A stretch of DNA of 64,000 nt. It comes from Chlorokybus atmophyticus. Taxonomy: Eukaryota; Plantae; Mesostigma and Chlorokybus algae. A program made the position numbers and the translations under genes. This document shows, in pieces, positions 13,201 to 23,533 of the stretch; within the stretch, counting starts at the first letter, position 1; the number at the start of each line of letters is the position of its first letter. Where the stretch lies: contig RHPI01002402.1 of the NCBI GenBank assembly GCA_009103225.1, positions 963,412 through 1,027,411 of the forward strand. The letters are read 5' to 3'. The notes under the pieces were generated by a model. The model worked only from the letters and a program-made list of their open reading frames with translations, was not told the DNA's origin and ran no database searches.

Positions 13201-15166
13201 GGCGACGTTAGAATAGGTATGGCATGCAGCACCTGCAATCATTGACCACCTAAGTCACATGCAACTGCTTGCAGAAAAAATCGGATTGACCATAGCAAGT
13301 AGTTGCACCTTTTCCTCGGCACAGTTCAGCACGGCTGCCAAGAGGTGATCCCGCTGAGTGCTCCAGTACACCTGTAGAAGCATACCCACATGATACTCAA
13401 GTCCACTTTTGCACTGCGGCACACACACCTGCCACACAACAAGTACCGTAGCTGGACATCCATCAGCATACTCTATGGTAAACCGCTGCGGGTCTTCAGC
13501 GTGGCGCACAAGTGCTGCTATGGCTGTCAAAGGGCGAACAAACGACACCTGCAGACATATGCATGCAGTCAACACTCCTGTGTGCTCACTGAATGCTGCT
13601 TTCTCCCTGCCTACTATCATACCTCATAGTTGTGAGCACGACGCTCTACAAGTGAACTGGCAGTAAGGACCAGCTTGCGGGAAACTACGCCAGCTCCACC
13701 AACGCCGCCAACTCCAATGCTGGATGCAACGCTCTCCCCAAATCCGCCTGGACTCACAGGATCTCCATAGCAGGTGTACGAGCGCTGCCGCAGCGCCGCC
13801 CACTCATAGATCGGTGTCTCTGCTGACCCAATGGCCAGTGCACCTACGACATGGGTGCAGTAGTATGATACAACTGCACTGTTGAATGGCTTTACAGTGG
13901 CACAGTTGCAATTTTGTGCTGCACCTTGACGAGACCTGAACTCGTCCACAGTCAGTCTTGCCTCAAGCTCCACTTCTAAGATCGCCCCCACCTTTGTGAT
14001 GGCTTCATGGTTCTGTGCACCTCAACAATCAGCTGGCGGCACACCGACCGAAGTATGCAAGGGAAGGGGCAATTTTCAAACGAACCATGCGATTGATTAT
14101 AGACGTGGTTTCAGTCCCGGCAGCCATGGCAACTGCTTTGGCCTTGCCGCCATAAGTTGAGTAGATTGCAAAGGCGCCTCCATTCAGTGGACCATTGTCT
14201 CGTAAGAGGGCCATAGCAGGTGAACCCATTTCTTGGTACTCAAAGGCCCAGCACACTTTGCTTGATGCTGCATCTCGGGCTTCTATTCCCGTTGGTGTGA
14301 TGCGCAGCATCTAACAACCAAACGACTAGCATGAGAAACTGTGTACATGCAGGCTGAAATACATCTACGTGCAGCGAATCACGTGTAACATACCGTAGGG
14401 ACCCATTGGCCGCTGCGCCTTCGCAACCTTGAAGCTGCGAGCTGAGTCGGTAGTGGTGCAGTGGGGTTGCGGGAGATGGTGGCTGCAGCCACAGCGCGCT
14501 GCAGTTGCGTGAGGAGGCTGACTCTATCACTACATGAGAACTTGAGAGGCTTGAACTTGCCCTTCCCTTCGCTCCGTACTGATATCCAGAAGTCATGACC
14601 TTGCGGATCATCCTTGGCTGGTGGGATGCCCAGCCCCTCAAGGTCGGTTGCAAAGTCCCATGCATTGGTGAATGCCAAGCTGCTGGGGTCAAGGGTGATG
14701 ACAGCTGTTGCAAGCAGCAAATCTCAGCACACTGAGTGGAGTCGTGGCGCCTTTCCTACACAAGCACGCATGCGCGTGCTTCTACAGGCATGCATATATG
14801 TGTGTTGTAGGAAGTTCACAGCTAGCTGGACATGTAAATCAATCCAAGTGTGGATTCAACCTAGACGGGCAACTCATGCAGCAATGCAAGGTCGTACGCG
14901 TGGTACTGAGACAGTTGGACAGCAACAGAGTAAGACAGCTCATATGTACTTTTCATCCACTGGTGTGACCGGCATGCAAACATCAAGCAAAAAACACATG
15001 GATCCGGTAATCTCCCTGACCAAACGATTTGCCATCCGCAAGTCCCTTGACACAACTCACCTGAGGTTGTAATGCAGAACAACCGCTTGTAACGCCCTCG
15101 CCACGAGTGCTTCAGCACATAATACCGAGCCACGTAATGCGGCTCGGCAACCTCACCCTCCCGCAT
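4282..15166 (-). CDS. RME8: RME-8 / GRV2 / DNAJC13 endosomal J-domain protein (multi-exon)
   Basis: N-terminus [23 protein letters not shown]; four IWN-type repeats ([37 protein letters not shown]); GYF_2-like EWFY...GPLT...KFWAAG; J-domain [24 protein letters not shown]; plant-type C-terminus [18 protein letters not shown] at 15166, stop at 4282. Confidence 0.95.
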
Positions 15167-15738
15167 GCTTGCATCCGCATACCACCACTAACAGCCTGTT
15201 TTGTCCGTTGCCCAATTGCGGTTGGTGTGCTGCCCACACAGACACAAACACACAACTACTGTCTCTGACCGACTGACGCAAGCAGCACACTTCTCTCGCT
15301 AGCAGCTTGCTGAGCGCTCAGCCACGCAGGCAACCTCAACTACACTCCTGCATAGCACAAAAACCATAAGTAGCGGCCTCAGCATGCCACGGCGCTGACG
15401 ACAACGACACCACCAAGCACACCGCCAAGCACACGGTAAAGCTGGTTGTTGCAGCCAGAGACAAGTGCCACCGACATAGAGCAGGCAAACCCTAACGCGT
15501 CCCGCACAAGCGTTAGGGTTAGCTTGTGCGCAGTACTTCGACTCACGTGAGCATTGCAAAATGTGAGCCAGTCAGTGTCATGAATGCAGTCTGGTGCAAC
15601 AGTGGCACAACCACCATCTGCCGGTGGCGGCGGCGGCGGCGACGGAGGAGGAGGAGGAGGAGGATTACGGGGAGTCGAAAGCGTGTAGTTAACACAAGCT
15701 GATGATTGACTGCGTTTTGGTGAAGGGGAAGCGCCACC
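15167..15738. promoter_or_regulatory. 572-bp bidirectional promoter between RME8 and IFT38, with telomere-like motifs
   Basis: The two ATGs are divergent (15166 on -, 15739 on +). AAACCCTAA lies at 15487 and TTAGGGTTAG at 15513, with a (GGC)n/(GGA)n tract at ~15624-15661. Confidence 0.6.
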
Positions 15739-18306
15739 ATGTCTTACAGAGAGTTGCGGAGTAAGTCCGCTGGCCTTGCTGGTCAAGTGTCCGTTGAGCT
15801 TGCAATTGCCTCCGTCATCTCCTTTCTGTGTTGATGTTCAGCGAGAAGCCCAACACAGCCATCATCCTTGCCCGTCACAACTGACAATTGTGTAATCTCC
15901 GTTTCCCATGCTCTCATGTGCAACGCTGCTCAGCGCATATTTTGGTGTTTGCCATCTGTGACTAATGTAACTGTTCTACGGGAAGCCATGTTGCCAAAGC
16001 ATATGAGAGTGCCCCGCAGAGTTAACGAGTCATTTCAACAAATTCAGCTGAGGATTATGCCAGGTCTGAGCGAGGTGATGCGGGCGGTGGGTTACCCGCG
16101 GGCAGTGTCGGTGGAGGCTTTCCGGCAGCCCAACTTTGCGCTGCTGGCGCACGCGCTGCGCTGGCTCACCTTGAGGTGAACATTGATGAACACACAACAT
16201 CACACTGCACCTGTGAGACTCACTGACATACTGAGGTTGCACCCAAACAGATGTGTACTTTTGTTGTCGCACTCAACAACAGAAAATCACTCAGTTCGCC
16301 TCTTGCTGTCTTGTCAATGACAAAACCATGCAGTTAGCGATAGTGGCCTCTCCAATAGAGTGGGTAAATTTGCAGGTACGATCCCATTGCTGTCAACATC
16401 CCGGAAGACGTGGGCACGGAACAGGCGCGTGTGATGTTTCTGAAGGCAGTTGGGGACTTCATGGTAAGAAACACACACAGATACGTCGTAATGGACATCC
16501 TCCGTAGGTGTAGTGTTGTGCTGAGCTATGCTCTCCATCCCTGATTTTAGGCTAACAAAGCCAAGCTGAAGCTGAACCTGAAGCGTCTGTACGGCGCGGA
16601 CGGCTATGCGGCGAAGGAGCTGCTCAAAGTGGCATCACTTCTCTACTCCCCGGCTGCCGCAGATCAAGAGGTGTGTGTGCACGCATGTGTACATGCTGGT
16701 GTGCCCATGTAAGCACGCACATGCGAGTACTTACGTATACTTGCCATGACAAGTAGATTGTTCACACGCCAGTATGCATGCAGGAGGACCTGGAGTGGGT
16801 TGAGGAGGAGGCCGGGGGTGCCGGTGCAGCGGCGGCGCGCGTGGGGGATGCCGCGGCCGTTGCGCGGGCCCTTGCCGGTGAGGTTGCTCAGCGAGCAGCG
16901 GGGCTGTTCGACGCCCTTGCCCAAGAGCCTGAGCTACGGGTTCGTGCGTGTGCTCGGTGCTCTCACACACGTAATTATATTGTCACAACACAACATACAC
17001 CTCAATTATCAATGTGTGCGTGCAGGAGGCGAGAGCAAGGGCCCTCGCGCGCGACACGGACATGGATTCCATTGAGAGGGCTGTGCGGGAGGCCATCAAT
17101 GCAGTGCAGGTTTGCACGCATGCATTCCAACCATTTAATACGCTCCGGGTCACTGTGTTTTGAAGTGTGACATCAACTTGTGTAATGGAATAGGAAAGCG
17201 CGGCCTCTCTAGAGGCGGTGTTGGAATCTCTGACAGCGGATGAACGCGCTCTTGAAGCCCGCATTGAGAAGCGAAAGCAGGAGCTGGACCGTGCAGAGAA
17301 ACGCCTCGCCACTCTCCAGCACGTCAAGTACGACTTGCACTTGCTGTGTACGCCACCATTGCACAAAAGCAAGTGTGTGCGAACATGCATGCACACACGT
17401 GCACACGCACGCACGCGTCCAACTCGCATGCACGCAGGCCGGCGCACATGGAAGAGGCGGAGAGGTTGGGAGGGGAGCTGTCGGCGCTGTACGCGGGTTA
17501 CGCCGAGCGCGCGCGCAACCTGGCGTGGCTTGAGGGCCGTCTGGCGTGTCGCGAGGACCAGGAGCGTGCCCACGCGGACGAGCACGCCCGCCGCATGAAG
17601 CGCATGCGCCAGAAGCTCAAGGAGGAGGAGATGCGCATCCTGCGAGGGGAGCTCGCCATTGACGAGGCCCGCATCGATGACAGCGAGGGAGGGCGCAGCG
17701 CCGGCAGCGGCAGCACTGAAGGAAATGATGGCAATGGCAACCTGCATTACAATGTGGATGACATCGAGTTGTCCTCCTCGGACAACGACGCACCGGGTCG
17801 CTCTCACCCGCGTGGTGGCGGTCGCCGCCTCAGCAATGACAACAATGTTGCCATGCGGGGACGTCGAGAGAATGGCCCTCAGGTGGGCAACTGAAATGGT
17901 TTTTGTACGGAGTATGCAAGGGCTACATGACTTGTGATGACTTACTGGGCAAATGTTGTGATCGGTCGTTGTGTAGGATGGGGGAGTGCGTACAACAACA
18001 AGAGGCGGGCGTGTAATGGGCAGCCTGGAGGGGCCTGGCGGCGATGATGACAGCAGCGAAATTAGCGGCCTGTCCGATGTCGACGGGGACACCGAGTCGG
18101 GAGAGATACTTATCAATAATTCGAGAGACGACTCGCGGGTGCGTGCTACTGGCAGGTGGTCAGCGTGTCTGTGCGTTGGTGAGCTGACAAACGTGATTGT
18201 GAAACAGGACCTGATGGATGACGACGATGATGAGGACTTGTCGGACATCGACAACACGCAGGTGCATTCCGACGAGGATGACGATTTAAGCGATAATGAC
18301 TTCTAG
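15739..18306 (+). CDS. IFT38: clusterin-associated protein 1 / IFT38 (intraflagellar transport complex B)
   Basis: A 22-nt first exon (15739-15760, missed by the ORF track) splices to 16064, giving [32 protein letters not shown]. Later motifs: [20 protein letters not shown] and [19 protein letters not shown], then an acidic tail ending SDNDF*. Confidence 0.95.
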
Positions 18307-19078
18307 AGTGTAGCGATTGTCAAAATCTATGTAGCACAACTTTATGGGTTGCTGCTACCGACACATAACATGCTCAGCGATACGAGGCTACATAGAATAG
18401 ATAGCGTCTTTGTTGCACGTGTGTTGTACTGCATTGATGAGCAAACAACAATGCAGAGCTAGATTGCATCAAGGCATATTTGTTACAATAAAACCAACGT
18501 TTCTCACTCACTCACTTAGTGACATGGCATACTAATTGTGTACCAACTCACATCAGTGTGGGGACCCAAGGCACACCCACGGGCTCCCTAACTACGGTCT
18601 TATCATAGACTTTACATTGATTACATGGCAGATTACCTTAGCCACCTAACACCCGTTTAGGCATATTATTTTTCAAACGGTATACGCCATATTTACCGTC
18701 ATGTGTGTTGGTGCAGCATTCAAAGCTTGTCATGTTTATTACAGCCTGCCCTCAATCTAAGCACATCGTTGGTTACCGACTTTTGTGCTTACATCGAGGT
18801 GTGACACCTTCAAACTAAGCACAATGAGACTACCGCAAGGTTACTTCCTTTGAAGCACACGTGTGCTCAAATTGAAGGGAACTTGCTACACGACTATACA
18901 CGGGTATGTATTTATGTATACACATATATGCACACGTACATACGTGTTTATGAACATACATATGTATGTGTGTGTTCACATATGTATATAGATTTACATT
19001 AGATATATAAAAATCAAAATTACGCATGTATAGTATATAATACATAAATCTATAAGTACATATACATAATGCATCAAT

Positions 19079-19549
19079 TGTCACGAATTGGGATAAATTG
19101 TGACAGACTTCGCTCATGGTAGTGTCTGTTACTACCATAGCCTAGTGGTCTGGCCCCAATTGTCACAATGGTAACGGAGCTTAACGTCTAAGGTTCAATT
19201 CCCGTAGGGGACTGAGGCAGATCCAAGGCAAAAAACAACAACATTTGGGGCGGCTTGCCCTAGGCTGGGCGCGGGTCCACGACCTGCGCGCCGAGTCAAT
19301 TTAACCTAAGGCCGCGTGAGCGGTCGCGCTGCAATGGCAGGTCGCGGTGAGGATGGCCGTTCGGTCGGCCAGGACCGTTCGTGGTACGATCGCGAACACG
19401 GCGACGTGGGATAGTGCTCGATTGGATTATGAGGAACTCATGAGTTAAATTGGGGAGGAATGTCACGAATTGGGATAAATCGTGACAGACTTCACTTATG
19501 GTAGTGTCTTTTACTACCATAGCCTAGTGGTCGGGCCCCAACTGTTACC
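19079..19549 (+). mobile_element. TRIM (terminal-repeat retrotransposon in miniature), 471 bp, non-autonomous
   Basis: Two 89-bp direct repeats (19079-19167, TG...CA; 19461-19549) with 8 mismatches. PBS-like TGGTAACGGAGC at 19169, polypurine tract GGGGAGGAA at 19452-19460, near-TSD TCAAT/TTAAT, and no coding capacity. Confidence 0.8.
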
Positions 19550-21243
19550 TTAATGTATATATACGTTTCGTACATGTATATAGGGTGTGGCTCAAGTCTT
19601 TGCTATATTTATAAAGCCATTATACACATATGCATGTACGTATATTCTAAGTATATGTGTGTATGTGGATGCGTACATGTTTATATGCATGTACATATAT
19701 TAAAAGTATATATGTGGATGATGCATAATTGTTTGTAGGTACGTAAGTATGTATGTGTTTGCACATGCTTATTCGTGCATATAGCCCATATGTCGCACAT
19801 GTATGTTACAAATGCACGTCATATGAATATGCTCAACAATACATATAAATAACGCATTTTAACTTCGTTGCCCTCTTTGTAACCACGTAAGGCAGTTATG
19901 GAGGATGCTTACATCGGGTGTGATAGTGCTTTACATAGGGGAGTAATGTGCCTGGTGCACGTTGGTTCCCACAAAAAATGTGCTTGGATCAAGGTTGTGC
20001 CTGAAATGAGTGTGATTACGGAGGAGGTTAGACTCAGCGACCAAGATTCTACGGTACAATCTTAGTTGCTGGCTAAAGCTGTTAATGCGTATGTTATATG
20101 TGATAATGCATAGCTGCGCGTTCCATGCTGTAAATTGACATATATCAATATGCATTATATTACGCACACACGCGTGCACGCCGTGGGCACAAATATCACA
20201 AAAACTGCTGATTATCAAGGGTCGTGCATGCTCGGGTTAGCTAACTTGTAAGAGTACGCACATAGCCTGGCAATAGAAGTTGCAATGTATGAATGTGTGT
20301 CTGTGTGCGCATGCTCGTTCGCATGCTTACATGTGTGTGTGCTGATGATGGTGCATGCATGCATGTAGCACGTGCAACAATGGAGTGCGCATGGCAACAT
20401 TACGTCAACACGCATGATGCCCCCCCCCACCCCCNNNNNNNNNNNNNNNNNNNNNNNNNNNNNNNNNNNNNNNNNNNNNNNNNNNNNNNNNNNNNNNNNN
20501 NNNNTTCCCCCCCCCCCCCCCCCCCCCCCTTGCTTACTTCTTATGCTGAAAAAATTCATGCATTTATACAACGCTTTACAGGACCATGATTTTTTTCCAT
20601 GGTAAATACAGCCCCCCCTCAATCAATAGAAGCCCCCCTCAGGTAGGATAACCCACCTCCACCCTCTTTCTATAATTTGTGTGGGGACTGTGTAAAGAAA
20701 AGAGCGTCGCAAATTTTACACGGTGACTGACCGGGGACTGCGGGACCAGCGAGTGTCTGAGCCTGCCTGAGCCTGCCTAATATGTCAATTTCGGACTGTT
20801 GGATTTTTCGTTGGCTTATGTGGACTGACGCAGACGACCGCGGGCCGAAAGTGGTTTTCAGTGGCACTGACCGGCCGAGAATTGTCAACTAAGTACTCTT
20901 TGATTGATGTGCATAGATGGCCGTTAGCCGATAGTTACGGACAGCTGACAGCAAAAGCCGGCAGTTTCCTTGCCGTTACACTGCTGTTGATATATGACCC
21001 TTCCTGTTTGACAAAAGTTGACAATTCTTGCCGTAAGCCAACATCAACATGTCATGCAGCTTGTACAAACCTTGGATTGATTAATTCGTCTTGCAGCTAT
21101 AAGCCCACAATATATACAACATATTAGCAGTGGTGAGAGTATGTCCACTTGCAACTGAGTAGACGACTTGCGCATGAAACTACCTACAGTATTGAGTCAG
21201 GCTGTTGCACTCATGCGCAGCTTGTCAACTCGTGGTGCCTGTC

Positions 21244-22190
21244 TCAGAACTCTTCCTCAACCCCCTCCTCATGTTCCTCCCCCGACAAGTCTTCTGCTTC
21301 AACATCAGAGTCATCTTCATCTGCTGCCTCGCTCGCTGACAATATAGCGGCTACTACGTCCTTCAACTTAATGTCGGCACCTCGCCGTGCACGCGCATGC
21401 GCTTGATGGTCGCTTAAAGAGTGACCACTTGCATCTGGTAATGCTATAAGAGTGGCATGCTGCCAGAGGACTAGCCCATCAGTATATGCATGCTTACCTT
21501 ATCTTCCGCTTTGTCGCATGCCGGCAGGCAGACAGTCAGCCTGCCGCGCTGCTCTTAGTTCTCGCTAACCAACATGGCAAGCATACTGCTTAATTGCCAT
21601 TGGAAACATTAAACTAGGTCATGGATTACCCGTTTGTAGTACTCCGCAGCTTCTCTTTTGCGACTTGTGAGCTCCCGCAAGTAGAAATGGGCTGAGCATC
21701 TGCGAGATTGGTCATGCTGTTCATGTGCATGACATCGGAGGCTGTGCATGTGGGTGTGCATGTGGTATTGTCAGTGTATGTCACGTGCAAGATATTTGAG
21801 GCTGTGCATGTGCAAGATCAAAGAACCCTAGCATGTGGCATTGACAATGCATCGTAACCCACCTTGGTTATGCCAGTCTTCCCCTTGAATCATGTCGCCG
21901 TGGTCGCAGCTGCTGGTGGGTCGGATGCTTTTGGAGGCAACATCATGGTGTGCCTTTTCCCACTCGGAGGGGGAGCCCTATATGATATCGCCCAAGTCAC
22001 TGTTGTCATTGGCTGTGCCCTTGGTAGGCATGGTGGGGTTTAACACCAAGGGCACCGCACCGGCACCTTGCCCGCCCTGTGCGAACATGGGCTGTATCGT
22101 GGACCTCGACCACAACGCCCACTACGCCCCTGACAGCGCCGCTAACGATTCATCAAATGCCACATACCCTCAGCATCACCGCCATGTAAG
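21244..22190 (-). pseudogene. decayed spliced orphan gene A with acidic C-terminus
   Basis: Exon-like pieces with GT donors (AHFYLRELTSRKREAAEYYKR; LTVCLPACDKAEDK; ...ADEDDSDVEAEDLSGEEHEEGVEEEF*). The upstream part has in-frame stops. No family recognised. Confidence 0.35.
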
Positions 22191-22638
22191 GGCATAGCTT
22201 GGCGGGATCCATCTATGGTGTTTTTATGCGCAGGGACTGGCATTGCCATTATACAAAGGTACAATTTCAATGGTACGTTGTGCCGGCAAAGGCATCTTCG
22301 TACCATTAAAACGGTACAATTAGGGTATTTATGCAAACTCACCCCACCTTAGACGTGCAATGGCTCGATCGTACCATATTAATGGTACGACGGAGCCGTC
22401 ACGCCGTAAATGGTGGCTAAGTTTTCCGCGTATGGTATGCAAGGGTAGCGGCGGCAGAGGCGGCGGCGGCTGTGCGTGTTGCTAGATATGATGATGCAGG
22501 TTACACGGCGACACCTGTGTCGACGTCAGTAGTGAGCTATGAGAGTCCGTTTTCCGTTTTGCCACATGCACTTCGCCACACACAACTCGGTTTACGTGCA
22601 CATTGTTAGCAGCAGGGGGTGCAAGCAAATCAAGCTGT

Positions 22639-23350
22639 ATGGCGGCCAGCGTCCATTACAGTACGATGCGGGTCATGTTGAACCGGGGAGTTCGATCCAA
22701 GATGCGCACATGCTTGATGCGGAAGGACCCCTTCAGGAGACATACGCACAGCAGCAACAAGAGGAGGACGAAGTAAACGAGGGCTTGCGATGTGTGCGTG
22801 TGCCTGAGAATTCTGTGACACGCCAACATGGAAGTGGAGGCGTCCCTTTGCACGCGTCGAAATCCTGATGGTATGGCTCGGAGCATGCTCTTGCAGTGGC
22901 ATTCGTGCAGTGCAACAACGGCCAAGGCCTGTCGGCCTCCGACATGGCGCGGATAATTAAGTGCATCCCAAATGCACACTTCCAGACGGAAAAGCTCCAG
23001 TGGGAGACCGGTGTGCATGTGGCCAGCTACCTCCGGACCATAATTGCTTTCACTCAGTCTGAGGTGTGTTTACGGTGTGCGGTGACGGATGATCCGCGCA
23101 AGCCTGGAGACTCTGAGGATCAGGACATCAGCATCACATATATGCCGGCTAAGGTCTGTGAAATGCAATATGCAATCGGAGGCCAACATGGCTGTTAATG
23201 CTGTTGGTCGGAGCGAGTATGGCTCGCGCGGTTGTATGGCAATCCACATGCCGGTAATGGCTGCAATCTCCGGTACAGTGGTGATGAGCACATCTTTGGC
23301 CATCTTTCACGGGCGATTGATGGAAGGATGTTGAGGTGGATCTGAGGAGA
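22639..23350 (+). pseudogene. decayed spliced orphan gene B
   Basis: The frame from ATG 22639 has in-frame TAA (22774) and TGA (22816). It then splices in phase 1 (GT at 22871) to the exon VAFVQCNNGQGLSASDMARIIKCIP...TYMPAK, which ends at a GT at 23154. Confidence 0.35.
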
Positions 23351-23533
23351 GAGGTGGGGGAAGCGTCCAACTTGGCGCCTACCATTCTGTACAGTGCTAG
23401 CAACATGGGGGTTGTTATGATAGCGCTTCTGCCGGTGGTTCACGCAGTGGCCAGGCATCCCACCTGGGCGCAGGGCAAGGAGTCGTCCTTAATTTGAAAA
23501 CGTGAGATTTTTTATGACGCTTTGAATGTAGTG

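Noticed and set aside
15487-15530. telomerase RNA (template plus pseudoknot)
   Set aside because: The telomere motif is itself base-paired in the stem, the site is in a protein-gene promoter, and no snRNA-type USE/TATA was recognised.
17815-17835. GGGRRL in the IFT38 tail as a cleavage site
   Set aside because: This is an intracellular protein with a low-complexity tail and only one Leu. It shows the short motif alone can arise by chance.
19131-19213. tRNA gene
   Set aside because: A and B boxes are present, but acceptor and T stems do not pair and there is no anticodon arm. It lies inside the TRIM.
22733-22966. 2OG-Fe(II)/TET-JBP dioxygenase (YHQD motif on the - strand)
   Set aside because: A single short motif with no distal His/Arg. 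The opposite strand has better splice signals.
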